Assembly: GCA_031550325.1 (NCBI GenBank)
Contig: JAVBOR010000013.1
Coordinates: 27,946 to 91,945 of the forward strand
DNA from: Oscillospiraceae bacterium
Lineage (GTDB): Bacteria; Bacillota; Clostridia; Oscillospirales; UBA929
Length of the DNA: 64,000 bases
Direction of reading: 5' to 3'
The notes beneath the pieces are model-generated. The model made no database searches. It was not told the DNA's origin and saw only the letters and a program-made list of their open reading frames with translations. The position numbers were made by a program, and so were the translations under genes. Of the stretch, positions 1 through 8,956 are shown one piece after another (within the stretch, counting starts at the first letter, position 1; the number at the start of each line of letters is the position of its first letter).

Positions 1-149
1 CTGAATTCATAGGAGAGCTCGTCGGTGCTGCTCAGCAACACCGACGAGACTTCGAGACTAAACCAGACAAACAGACTGGAGAGCGCAAGGAAAAATACAA
101 AAAGGCCGTTTGTCGCCGGTTTTCGCAGCAGCATACGCAGAGTAAACAT
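1..149 (-). CDS. membrane protein, N-terminal fragment (gene continues past the left edge); FtsX/ABC-permease-like start
   Basis: Reverse strand from ATG (comp. 147-149) reads MFTLRMLLRKPATNGLFVFFLALSSLFVWFSLEVSS... to the window edge. It is missing from the ORF track because it has no in-window stop. Basic N-terminus followed by a hydrophobic helix; the family call is weak. Confidence 0.3.
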   Translation of the reverse strand, partial: MFTLRMLLRKPATNGLFVFFLALSSLFVWFSLEVSSVLLSSTDELSYEF

Positions 150-217
150 AATGACACCTTTTTATTTGAGGCAGTTTGGTTTACAACCTTTCCCCTTGAT
201 TTTCACGTACAATACGG

Positions 218-640
218 CTAACCATTTTTTTGAACGGCGGATAAATAGATTTCATTGATGTAGTCAAAAGCAGATACATCGTTTGTGATTTCGTGATTGC
301 CAAGGCTCAATAAGCTGCCGCTTGTGACTGAGGAATTATCAATGAACCAATCTTCTATGACTGAGCCATCCTTTAAAAAATGATTTTTAAATCTTGGAAA
401 ATCCATTGGTTTCGAGGTTTCCCGGACAGATATGTCCAAAAAAGTCTCCGTTATCCTGTCAATGAGCTTTCTGTCGGTGATCAAAACATCTTCCTGCTCA
501 TACCGGCTTGAAAAAAATTCAATCGTTACCTCATCGCAATCCAAAGACGCCATAGTATCTTCCGCCTTTTTCCCGCAAGATACCAAAGATAGCATGATCA
601 CAACCACAAACAAGAGCGCCGTCGTCTTTCCGATACGCAC
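218..640 (-). CDS. putative lipoprotein, function unknown
   Basis: ORF 218..682 trimmed to GTG at comp. 640, which lies 8 nt after a GGAGG. N-terminus MRIGKTTALLFVVVIMLSLVSCGKK carries a lipobox (LVSC). Confidence 0.55.
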   Translation of the reverse strand: MRIGKTTALLFVVVIMLSLVSCGKKAEDTMASLDCDEVTIEFFSSRYEQEDVLITDRKLIDRITETFLDISVRETSKPMDFPRFKNHFLKDGSVIEDWFIDNSSVTSGSLLSLGNHEITNDVSAFDYINEIYLSAVQKNG

Positions 641-722
641 AGAAACCGCCTCCTCGAACAATAGAATGCTAATAGCCTTCACTATAATAACGATTGAACA
701 GGGGGGTTCACTACAAAATTCT

Positions 723-1430
723 TTATTCTGCTTGAACGACGGACTCTGCCACTTTTATAAGCTCATCCAAATAGACAAACGACCATAAATCAAATACATA
801 ACCGTTTGCCACCCATATGACGCCGTTTTCGAAGCCGTCGGCTATCCCTTGTATTTTGTACCCTTCAAGTCCGTTGATCAGAGTTGGCGTGATTACTCTG
901 TTTTCATTATCTGACGAAATGCTAAAGCCACCGTGTTTCGGATTATAACTAAACCGGATTTCATGACCTTCTTCGTCGAGGTAGAGCACAGCAGTCATGT
1001 TCCCGAGTTTATCAACCATGTCCTCTGAAAATCCATTTGGCAGATATTCAGGTCGCCATTCAGATGTGTTTGCTTCTGGAGCAGAATCCGAGAAGCCAAA
1101 TTTTGTGAACTTCTCATACCATTCGGCAAATACTTCCGATACAGCCGCTCTGACCTGTGGATTAAGCATCAGCAGACCAAACAGGACGGTTGCTATAACC
1201 GCTACGCAAGCGACGGCTTTCTTGGCGTATTGTATGAATGACAGCCTAAACTCGCGTCGACGCTCCCGGATAAAAAGCGCCTTCATTCTCGCGTGATGAG
1301 AGTCCGAGAACGCGTATAGCTTGGCAAGCTCCGCTTCGCTTGGCAGTGAAGCCAATTCGCGTTGATGATTTTCGATGATTGCCTGACGCAAAAGAGACTC
1401 AAAAATAAAGTTTTTTATCCTGTTATCCAT
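723..1430 (-). CDS. anti-sigma-factor-like membrane protein with DUF4367-type C-terminal domain
   Basis: 235-aa ORF whose start overlaps the upstream sigma-factor stop by 8 nt. It has a single central TM helix (VACVAVIATVLFGLLML). The C-terminal part (EYLPNGF...INGLEGY...VIWVANGYVFDL...LIKVAESV) resembles DUF4367 domains of clostridial anti-sigma partners. Confidence 0.6.
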   Translation of the reverse strand: MDNRIKNFIFESLLRQAIIENHQRELASLPSEAELAKLYAFSDSHHARMKALFIRERRREFRLSFIQYAKKAVACVAVIATVLFGLLMLNPQVRAAVSEVFAEWYEKFTKFGFSDSAPEANTSEWRPEYLPNGFSEDMVDKLGNMTAVLYLDEEGHEIRFSYNPKHGGFSISSDNENRVITPTLINGLEGYKIQGIADGFENGVIWVANGYVFDLWSFVYLDELIKVAESVVQAE

Positions 1431-1983
1431 TTGTGGTGCCCTCCCTGCTTAACATTTCGCGGAGCTTGATTTTTGCCCTGAAAATCCGCATGGCGGCATT
1501 TTTCTCTGAGATGCCAAGGTCACTGGCGATTTGACGATCACTTAAAGCGTGGAAATATTTCAATTCAAAAGCGGTTTTATAGATGTCGTCGAGCTGAGCG
1601 ATACAAAAAAGAAGGTGGTTATATCCTTCCTCGCTGAGAAGCCTCGCGTCGACGTCAGGCTCTTCTGATGCTATCTCATAATCGTGGTCATACAACGATT
1701 CGGTCGGCAGTCCGTTTTCTTTTCGGCATATGTCAATCGCTTTGTTCTTCACAATAATAACGATTCGCGACTTCAGCCTACTACCGGAAAGCTTAAAAAT
1801 CTCAGCTTTATTCTTAATGATCTCTATAAATGCGTTCTGCACGGCTTCTTCCGCCCATGCGTGATTTTTCGTTACAAGCTTGGCTACATGCAGGCATGTG
1901 TACCGGTATTTCTCATAAATGCCGGTGAACGTGTCTTTTTCCTCTTCTGTTTCCAGCATGGCTAAGTAAAAAGCAATCATCAT
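1423..1983 (-). CDS. sigma-70 family (ECF-like) RNA polymerase sigma factor
   Basis: Region-2-like (AWAEEAVQNAFIEIIKN) and region-4 HTH-like (LSDRQIASDLGISEKNAAMRIFRAKIKLREML) sequence. Start moved from 2034 to the ATG ATG at comp. 1983/1980, directly behind AGGAGG. Confidence 0.8.
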   Translation of the reverse strand: MMIAFYLAMLETEEEKDTFTGIYEKYRYTCLHVAKLVTKNHAWAEEAVQNAFIEIIKNKAEIFKLSGSRLKSRIVIIVKNKAIDICRKENGLPTESLYDHDYEIASEEPDVDARLLSEEGYNHLLFCIAQLDDIYKTAFELKYFHALSDRQIASDLGISEKNAAMRIFRAKIKLREMLSREGTTNG

Positions 1984-2288
1984 GTCGCCTCCTGTCAAGC
2001 TCATTATACAGAGAAACCGGCTGATTTCCAACACGCCTATGGATTTTCGCGACGGCAGAAGTTATGTGTAGTCAAGGTACGGGGGGTTAAGCTTTATTCA
2101 AAATCGTTTTGCGGCGCTTCCGGTTGAAAGCGCCGCAATTCAAAGACCAAACTTGGTTATTGAGCGATATATGGAACAAATCCGGGATTTTCTCGTCTAA
2201 TCATTAGATATGAAATTAAGCGGGATGGTTTGCGGCACTATTATTCGTGGCATAGGCACAAAACTTGGGTAAACGGGAGTGCGGCACA

Positions 2289-3053
2289 TTGAAAAAGCTT
2301 TTTTGTTTTATAGGTATGATGCTCCTGACTGCGGCAGGGTGTTCAACGCAAAAAACCGGCGACCCTGCAGTGACCGGCGCATCTTTTCAAACATATATAA
2401 GCGAAGCTTTCCCATCCGATCAATCCGTAAAATCTTCCGGCGAGACGGCTTCCGGCTTTGATGAATCTACTGCGGAAGAATCATCAAAGCCCGTTGATCC
2501 GCCTTTACAGCTGCACTTTACCGATTATAAGGCGGAGGTGTCCGCGCTCGCCGGTTTGTTGGATAAAGACGATGAGGTTATTGAGAATTTCCTTTTTGAG
2601 CATTCCGAATACTCGATGAACGGCCTATGCGGCAGAGAAGATATAGAGTTTCTGATGCAAACATTGGATGAGCCGGTTTATCCGGTACATGACAGCGCCG
2701 AACCGGATGAAATAACGCTGCTACGTTTCGGCGATTCCTCCGAAAATATGCAAATCTGGTTGAGATATGAGATTGACGGCGTCGTATACGGATTTACAAT
2801 CACTAAGTTCAGAATTGGTGAGATTATAACGAATAACAAGAGTAATACAACAGATTTGGAACACGTAAGCGCGCTTGAGGATGTGGATATCTACGCTGAT
2901 GCCTTCGAGAATGGTAAAGAGTCAAAAGTAATGACATTTCATCTGGGATTAAAGGGAAAATATATCAACGCAAGAGTATATGACGCAAAGGACTTACAGG
3001 CTGCGCTTGAGGGTCTGCAGGCCTTTGGGTTTAGCAGCCTGAAGATTGAATAG
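2289..3053 (+). CDS. putative lipoprotein, function unknown
   Basis: ORF 2265..3053. The TTG at 2289 (9 nt after GGGAG) gives the signal peptide MKKLFCFIGMMLLTAAGCS with a lipobox. I recognise no family. Confidence 0.5.
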   Translation: MKKLFCFIGMMLLTAAGCSTQKTGDPAVTGASFQTYISEAFPSDQSVKSSGETASGFDESTAEESSKPVDPPLQLHFTDYKAEVSALAGLLDKDDEVIENFLFEHSEYSMNGLCGREDIEFLMQTLDEPVYPVHDSAEPDEITLLRFGDSSENMQIWLRYEIDGVVYGFTITKFRIGEIITNNKSNTTDLEHVSALEDVDIYADAFENGKESKVMTFHLGLKGKYINARVYDAKDLQAALEGLQAFGFSSLKIE

Positions 3054-3110
3054 CGGCTTGCGAGTATGGACAAAGCCATCAACATTACTATGGCAAGTCT
3101 TTTCACGCCG

Positions 3111-4811
3111 TCACCTCGGCTCCAGCCAGTAATCGGCGAGCGGCGAGCGGACACTGTATTTTTCGCTGTATTCAAATTCCTCCGTCTCCGGGTCGTAGAG
3201 GTACACTTCTCTGACCGGCTGTGACGCTATAACCTTTTCGCCATTGTCTGTGTCGGCGATGCACTGGAACGCGCCCTGCAGCAGAATATCGACAGAGCCG
3301 TCGCCGTTTGCATCGTCATAGACAGGGGTCAAGTGCCCGTCTTCGTACCGGCAGCCGAAATACTCGGGGCCGTCCAGAGGGATGTTCTTGAACACAGCCG
3401 CGCCGCGCGCTTCTTCCCAGACGGTAATGTGCAGCCCCATGACATCTCCGCCAATCGGCTGCGCAAACGCTCTGCCGTCGAGCCGGTAGATACCGAAGTC
3501 GCCGTTGTCCTGGTGGGAGTAAAGAAAAATCTCGATCAGCGGAAATACCATCCTTTCCACATAAACGATCTTGAGTTCCTCCGCTTCGGGCCAGCAGGCA
3601 TTTACCATTGAATAATCCCCTCCAGGGCCTTCGCCTGGACAGGGCGACAGCTTTCCGTCGCGATAGGAAAACAGACAGCGCCGCGGCCAGTCGTATACCG
3701 TGTCACCGGATATAACCAGCCAGTCCTCCCTGTCGGGCAGCCGATAGACTTTTATGCTTGTCAAGTCTTTTGGAAGCCCCAAGACGTCGAGAAAGCCGTA
3801 CTCGTTTTCTATGTAATACTCCACAACCTGCGAGCGTATCCTGTGCAGATCACTCAGCGCCCAGGAGCAGTCCAGCAGGGAGGCCGAAGCGTCCGTATAC
3901 GACGGATAAAACTCAAGGCCTATTCTATCAAGGTCGGGGATGTTTTCCGGGGCGATCTCCCGCTCCGGCACGGGTTTTTCTTCATCCCACTGCTCTAAAA
4001 AGGCATACAGCTTTTCGAGGTCGAACTGGTCTTCGCTATCGTCTTTCATCAGCGCCCCGGTAAAGGTGAAGGGTTCTTGCATGATGACCGGTTGATAACC
4101 CGACATCACGCCGAAAAAGCGCTTCTCGATCTCGTCATGTGTCGCCGAAGTTACTGTGCCGTCATCGTTTAACAGTTCGTATTCGATATCGTCCAGCGCC
4201 GCGCCTTCGCGCACAAGCAATTCGTTGTACGAGCAAAAGGTCTGCGATTTTGGATGCTCTATGTCTGAAAAATCGAAGAACATGTGTTGGCGTATGTAAA
4301 ATCCCGGCCCGTCCCTGAACTGCCCGTGCGCCATCCACTGAAGTTTGCCCGTTTCCTTACTGCGATACAGCGCCAAGGTCTCGGGAAGACCGCCTGCTGC
4401 ATCCTCGTTGAACAATACAAATTTCACCTGATCGTCTTGAAATGTATACCCGTATACAATGACCGAGTTTACCGTCCCGAGCGTAGAGGACAGCAGCTCC
4501 GGTACACCGTCGGAATCAAGATCCATCAGGCGGAAATGGCTCATTTCTGTCGGCGGCCAGTCAATCGGGTCATCAGGAAAAGCGCCATCCAGTACAGCGT
4601 CGGCATATGCAATCATCCACGCGGGACGCGTTTCCACAGATGGCGAGGGAGAAGGCGTGTCCGCAGTTGATATGGTCGGCGGCGCGGAGACGGCTGTACT
4701 CGTCGCAGTTGGAGGGACATCGGACGGTTTACATCCGGACATCATAAGCAACCCCGCCGCAAGCGAAAGCAGAAGCAACAGCGCAACGTGCCTGTTTTGT
4801 CTCTGGTTCAA
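3111..4811 (-). CDS. large lipoprotein with FG-GAP/VCBS-like Asp-rich motifs
   Basis: 566-aa ORF starting at a TTG 7 nt after GGGGAGGG. Lipobox LLMMSGC, then a Pro/Ser/Thr-rich linker. Motifs DLDSDGVPELL and DANGDGSVDILL resemble Ca-binding FG-GAP/VCBS repeats. Confidence 0.6.
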   Translation of the reverse strand: MNQRQNRHVALLLLLSLAAGLLMMSGCKPSDVPPTATSTAVSAPPTISTADTPSPSPSVETRPAWMIAYADAVLDGAFPDDPIDWPPTEMSHFRLMDLDSDGVPELLSSTLGTVNSVIVYGYTFQDDQVKFVLFNEDAAGGLPETLALYRSKETGKLQWMAHGQFRDGPGFYIRQHMFFDFSDIEHPKSQTFCSYNELLVREGAALDDIEYELLNDDGTVTSATHDEIEKRFFGVMSGYQPVIMQEPFTFTGALMKDDSEDQFDLEKLYAFLEQWDEEKPVPEREIAPENIPDLDRIGLEFYPSYTDASASLLDCSWALSDLHRIRSQVVEYYIENEYGFLDVLGLPKDLTSIKVYRLPDREDWLVISGDTVYDWPRRCLFSYRDGKLSPCPGEGPGGDYSMVNACWPEAEELKIVYVERMVFPLIEIFLYSHQDNGDFGIYRLDGRAFAQPIGGDVMGLHITVWEEARGAAVFKNIPLDGPEYFGCRYEDGHLTPVYDDANGDGSVDILLQGAFQCIADTDNGEKVIASQPVREVYLYDPETEEFEYSEKYSVRSPLADYWLEPR

Positions 4812-4829
4812 ATTTATACCCTCCCCGCT

Positions 4830-6569
4830 TTATTCTTCCGTGCCCGTACGCAGCGTTCCGATGACCGCATATCCGGAGCCGTCAAGACTCAAGCGCGCGT
4901 AGGTAACGGTGCCTTGCGTCTCGAGCCGCAGAATGATTTCGCCGCCTGTGATTTCAAAGTTGTAATAATCATATTTTGCGTCGATTCTATACACAATGAT
5001 TCTGTTTTCGCCGTTTATGTCGGCGCTTACGATGCTCGACGAACTTCGCTCAGAATAGTAAACCCTGCCGTCGTATATTGTCGCATTGTCAATGGCGTCC
5101 GGCATTTCTTGCAGCTCGCTCAGCCAGGGCAAATCCGGGAGATTGTCCCTGCGCATCGGGGGAGGCTCGTCAAGCCGGACAGTGAACTCCAGCATTTCAC
5201 CCTCAGCGGTTACAAAACTCCGTCTGCCTTCGCCGGTTGCGTAATCGTTTTCAGTGACGCTGTTTTCTGGGGTGATCTTGTCATATGTTTCTTCGCAGGA
5301 ATAAATAAGCTTCCACTCCCCGTCCAGATAGGCGTAGCGGTACTTATTATACCAGCTTTCGCGGCTGCCGCAGTTCTCCCAAAATGAGAATGTTGTGCCG
5401 TTCGTTTCGAAGGCGTTCTGCGGTTCCGGACTGAGAGGGTCGCCCATGACGCCGCCAGCCTCGGGGCGGGGCAAAAGCCCGCTCTCGCAGAAGCTGAGCT
5501 GATAACCATCCGCAATTCCCTCCAATCCGAACAGCATGCGGGGGAAGTAGGCGTAAGGAGTGTCCGGCCGCTGGGCTGCGGCGACAATATCTTTGATGCC
5601 GTCGCTGTTGAAATCAAGCTCAAGTGAGGCAAAGATGCTCCATCCTTCGGGCAGAAAATCATCCGGCGTTTCGCCGCCGTATGGCAGCTCGGGCGCGCCG
5701 CCGTACTTGCCCAAAAACTCCGTCGGCCCGCTTGTGTCCGCATAGACAAAGCTTAAGTCAAAGCCGTCGCGCCCGATCTCAAAGAAACCGGGTAGGCTGT
5801 CTTTATATCTCGCGTCGTTGGTGTAGAGCGTGTAGCCACCGCTTCCGAGGTAAAACCCGAGACAATAGACATACTCGCCGTCCAGCTTCAAATCGGCGCC
5901 GGTCCCCGCTCCGCTGATAAAGCCGGAATAGGTCAGGTTGTCCGACTCGTACTCAAAGCCATATTCAAATACGTCAAGCAGCCGCTGATACGCCGGATAA
6001 CCCATGATACTGAGCAGCTTATCCTTTTCCGCGCCGGTGGGGAACAGTTCGTCAAACCGCCCGGCGTTGATGTAGACAGGCTCGCCGATGGTGTATTCGC
6101 CATCCATTGTGACATTGTGCCCGAAACCGAGCGCACCTGTGTCGCCGTCGGCCAGGCATACCGCCAGAACATCGCCCCGCAGCGCAAATTCCACCTTCGC
6201 AAAAAAATCGGAATCCGTATGCTCAAACACCGCTGAACTCGTGCCGGTAAAATCCGCTGTACCGCTGATGTCTCCGTTGTGTGCGCCCCACACGCCTGAA
6301 AAATGAAAATCGAAGCCGCTTTCCGTTTGGCTGGTGATTTCAATTTGTGCTCCCTCGGCTTTGTGCGTATTTGTACGCCGCCAGAGACCTTCGAAACGAC
6401 GCTCATTCACGGAAGGTTCAGTCACGGAAGGCTGAGCCGACGCCTCTGCGGAAGGTGATAATTGCGGCGGTTCTATCTGCACTGTCATCGCCGAGTTCAT
6501 ACAAGCCGAGCACAGGAGCACTATCACAAGGACGGCGGAAGTGAAGAACGTTTTTCTTTTTCTTATCAT
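4830..6569 (-). CDS. large lipoprotein, function unknown
   Basis: ORF 4830..6587 trimmed to the ATG at comp. 6569 (6 nt after GGAGAA). MIRKRKTFFTSAVLVIVLLCSACMNS has a lipobox. Contains DFNSDGIKDIV (FG-GAP-like). The C-terminal IYDGRVYYS...INGENRIIVYRID region looks beta-propeller-like. Confidence 0.6.
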   Translation of the reverse strand: MIRKRKTFFTSAVLVIVLLCSACMNSAMTVQIEPPQLSPSAEASAQPSVTEPSVNERRFEGLWRRTNTHKAEGAQIEITSQTESGFDFHFSGVWGAHNGDISGTADFTGTSSAVFEHTDSDFFAKVEFALRGDVLAVCLADGDTGALGFGHNVTMDGEYTIGEPVYINAGRFDELFPTGAEKDKLLSIMGYPAYQRLLDVFEYGFEYESDNLTYSGFISGAGTGADLKLDGEYVYCLGFYLGSGGYTLYTNDARYKDSLPGFFEIGRDGFDLSFVYADTSGPTEFLGKYGGAPELPYGGETPDDFLPEGWSIFASLELDFNSDGIKDIVAAAQRPDTPYAYFPRMLFGLEGIADGYQLSFCESGLLPRPEAGGVMGDPLSPEPQNAFETNGTTFSFWENCGSRESWYNKYRYAYLDGEWKLIYSCEETYDKITPENSVTENDYATGEGRRSFVTAEGEMLEFTVRLDEPPPMRRDNLPDLPWLSELQEMPDAIDNATIYDGRVYYSERSSSSIVSADINGENRIIVYRIDAKYDYYNFEITGGEIILRLETQGTVTYARLSLDGSGYAVIGTLRTGTEE

Positions 6570-6934
6570 ATAAGCTTCTCCGTCCAATAAAACAAGATCA
6601 TATCAATGCAGAATCACTTTGGAAACCATTATAAGCGCTAATTGCAGGCAGGTCATGCGTTTTTGATTACAAAATCTTTGAAAATCGGTAACAAAGAAAT
6701 GTCGTTACAATCTTTTCACGGGAGTTACACCCGATACGCTATATCCTCAAAAAAGAGCTGTCGATCGGCAATGCCGCCTGACAGCTCAAAGTACAACCAT
6801 AAACACTGAGTGAACTCCCACACAAGAGCGACAAATCCCAGTTCATTTGCAACATATCTGCAACAAGCAGGCCACAAATCCTCGCGGCATCATGCCTCAC
6901 GGCTTTCGTCAACACTCTCCACACGCAGGGGGTC

Positions 6935-6962
6935 AGGGGTTCGAGTCCCTTTGCCTCCACCA
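6935..6962 (+). other. orphan tRNA/tmRNA-like 3' fragment (T-arm, 3' acceptor strand, encoded CCA)
   Basis: AGGGG-TTCGAGT-CCCTT followed by TGCCTCC-A-CCA. The U70-type T implies a G3:U70 Ala/tmRNA identity pair. No complementary 5' acceptor strand (GGRGGCA) is found within 400 nt upstream. Confidence 0.45.
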
Positions 6963-6971
6963 AATGGCGAA

Positions 6972-7001
6972 ACCCCGTACCTGTTTATGGTACGGGGTTT
7001 T
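6972..7001 (+). terminator. rho-independent terminator after the tRNA-like fragment
   Basis: ACCCCGTACC (6972-6981) pairs with GGTACGGGGT (6989-6998) across a 7-nt loop, followed by a TTTT run. Confidence 0.6.
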
Positions 7002-7005
7002 CAGG

Positions 7006-7219
7006 TTGTCAAAGAACCGAAGGTTCTTTGACAAAGCGGGGACAAGATCGCGTCTTTGTGAAGACGCGTAAAGAAACGCTTCCCCGGAGTGAATCCGTGA
7101 AAGCGTTGTGGTTCTTTCTTTATCGGTTTCCAGTCCAGCAAGAACCTGCCGCCTACGGCGTCAGGCTCGACGCGAATCCAGGAAAAGGACGAAGGCGCAA
7201 AGCGTTTTTTTGACAGTCT
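7006..7219. repeat. mosaic palindromic intergenic repeat, copy A
   Basis: Modules: TTGTCAAAGAACC-GAA-GGTTCTTTGACAA (7006-7034); CGCGTCTT-TGTG-AAGACGCG (7049-7068); AACGCTT..CCGGAGTGAATCCGTG..AAGCGTT hairpin (7075-7107). The module CAGTCCAGCA..GCCGCCTACGGCGTCAGGCTC..AAAAGGACGAAGG (7131-7204) is shared with copy E. Confidence 0.85.
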
Positions 7220-7284
7220 GTGCGAGCTCATCGGACTACAAATCCAATGCGCCAGCATTCTTGCGATAATCGTTTGCTACCATT

Positions 7285-8187
7285 CTATACTTGCTCCAGT
7301 AGGCGGATGTAATGATTGGCCTCACGCAAAACGTGGTCGGCCAGTAGCGGCAGAATGATGGAACGGATCTTGCATTCAGCGATGCCCTTCGTGCCCGCGG
7401 TTTTGAAGTCGCGGTACTTTTTGGTCTCTTCAAGTGTTTCGTTGGTAACCATATTCAACATGGAATCGGTGGACGCTTTTGCTTTCTCTAAAAGCTCGGC
7501 ATAGTCCTGCGCAAAATTGTTTGATGTATTGATTAGCTCGCCCTCAGACGGATCGAGAAGTCCTCGGATAAACAGCGCGTGCTCCAGCATGATTTGATCC
7601 CAGAACAGCTCCATGTTCTTGGTGGTTTCCTCCATACCCTGACCGCTTTCCAGCGCCTGCAAATGTGACCTGTACAGCTTCGCTTCACGAAGAATATGGT
7701 CTAGCAGCAGCGGATAATTCGCTGTGAACATATTGCAGGACAACACGGCATTCAGAATTCTGGCCTTGAAATCGATTAGTCCGTCAAGAAGTGGCCTTAC
7801 GTTTGCGTTGAGGGCGCGGACACTTCGCATAAGCTCAGGCGATATATTTGGATTGGTCGACCCGTAAAGCCGCGATTCCATAGCGGTCAGACTCTCATTG
7901 ATGGGGATGCCGGTAAAATTCTCTGTTTTTTGCTCGCTGCCGCGCGTGTAATCGGTGACCAACTCTCCTGATTGCACGACCGCATTACTGACCACCCCAT
8001 TGCCGAGTTGGATGGCGTTATGTAAAATCTGTTCAAACTGGGTTTTGAAACGTTCGGCTGTTTGGGCAAAGTCTTTATTTTTCGGCGTAAAGCCCGCCTC
8101 CAGAAACAGAGCATGCTCTTTCATGATACGCCCGAAAAACAGATGCAATTCAAGAGAAGATACGACGTATTGCTGTTGGCTGATCAT
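7285..8187 (-). CDS. DUF2935 domain protein (two tandem helical repeats)
   Basis: 300-aa ORF. The motif EL.FW/LFFGRIM.EHALF.. occurs twice (LHLFFGRIMKEHALFLEAG and MELFWDQIMLEHALFIRGL), as in the DUF2935 family of Firmicutes. Confidence 0.7.
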   Translation of the reverse strand: MISQQQYVVSSLELHLFFGRIMKEHALFLEAGFTPKNKDFAQTAERFKTQFEQILHNAIQLGNGVVSNAVVQSGELVTDYTRGSEQKTENFTGIPINESLTAMESRLYGSTNPNISPELMRSVRALNANVRPLLDGLIDFKARILNAVLSCNMFTANYPLLLDHILREAKLYRSHLQALESGQGMEETTKNMELFWDQIMLEHALFIRGLLDPSEGELINTSNNFAQDYAELLEKAKASTDSMLNMVTNETLEETKKYRDFKTAGTKGIAECKIRSIILPLLADHVLREANHYIRLLEQV

Positions 8188-8203
8188 GTGTCAGTCCCTC
8201 CGC

Positions 8204-8659
8204 TTAATAATAATATCCGGGATACGGACGGTGCCCGCGCTTGTCGAAGAGCTCACGAAGCAACAGAATTCGGACGATATCCCGCAGGGAATTACGGTTG
8301 TGATGCCTCCTGCGTCGCCTTTGATAAGGATTGCCGCCAAAGCCGAACTGCACTGGTGCCGCTTCGGCCACGGTCTCATTGTCGTCGTCTTCATACCACA
8401 TGCCGCTGTTTTTGATAATTGCATCTACCGTAGAATTTATAATATCCGGGGTAGGCTGATACCCTGACGCATTCAATCTTTCCACAGCATCGGTGATCAT
8501 TGGATATATCTCATGGTAGATTTCCGGATACTCGTTTTCCATCGATTCCGAGGAGGGCGCCAAGCTCGCCTGCATGACAGGTGCGACAGGTTGTACTGTC
8601 AATCCGGTTTCATTTGAAAGTGGTATGGAAACAAAAGGTTTGCCGTTTTCTATGTCCAT
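8204..8659 (-). CDS. hypothetical protein, possibly spore-coat associated
   Basis: 151-aa ORF 16 nt upstream of the DUF2935 gene. Acidic middle, basic RRRRRHHNR stretch, Tyr/Pro/Gly C-terminal tail (RPYPGYYY). RBS AGAAAGGGA precedes the ATG. Confidence 0.5.
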   Translation of the reverse strand: MDIENGKPFVSIPLSNETGLTVQPVAPVMQASLAPSSESMENEYPEIYHEIYPMITDAVERLNASGYQPTPDIINSTVDAIIKNSGMWYEDDDNETVAEAAPVQFGFGGNPYQRRRRRHHNRNSLRDIVRILLLRELFDKRGHRPYPGYYY

Positions 8660-8703
8660 TATGATTCCCTTTCTGGTTCATTATTAAAGAGTCCCGTCTT
8701 TCA

Positions 8704-8730
8704 TAGTATATGACTGCCGAAACATTTTGT
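8704..8730 (-). promoter_or_regulatory. candidate sigma-K-type sporulation promoter
   Basis: The reverse strand reads AC-16 nt-CATATACTA (consensus AC-16/17-CATA---TA), about 45 nt upstream of the 8659 start codon. Confidence 0.25.
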
Positions 8731-8956
8731 TTCTTAAACGGAGCCGTGGCCAGTATGGATGAAATGAAACTGGTATGCGGAAATAAGCCTAGAGTACAAC
8801 ACAAAAAGGACATTCTGTGATTTATCGTGCAATACCCGGTCTAGATTTATGAACAACACTGTATAAGCATTTGGTGCTTGTGCGCTTTTTCAAGGTCACA
8901 ACGGATTATTTGCTTGAAAACGTGTGGCCTCACCCTTCTGCCCCCCCTTGTGCCCC

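Noticed and set aside
6600-6962. Complete tmRNA (ssrA) gene
   Set aside because: The 3' end looks tmRNA-like. However, no GGGG-type 5' acceptor strand complementary to TGCCTCC, no tRNA-like D-loop region and no ..ALAA-type tag reading frame could be found in the preceding 400 nt. Only the fragment was reported.
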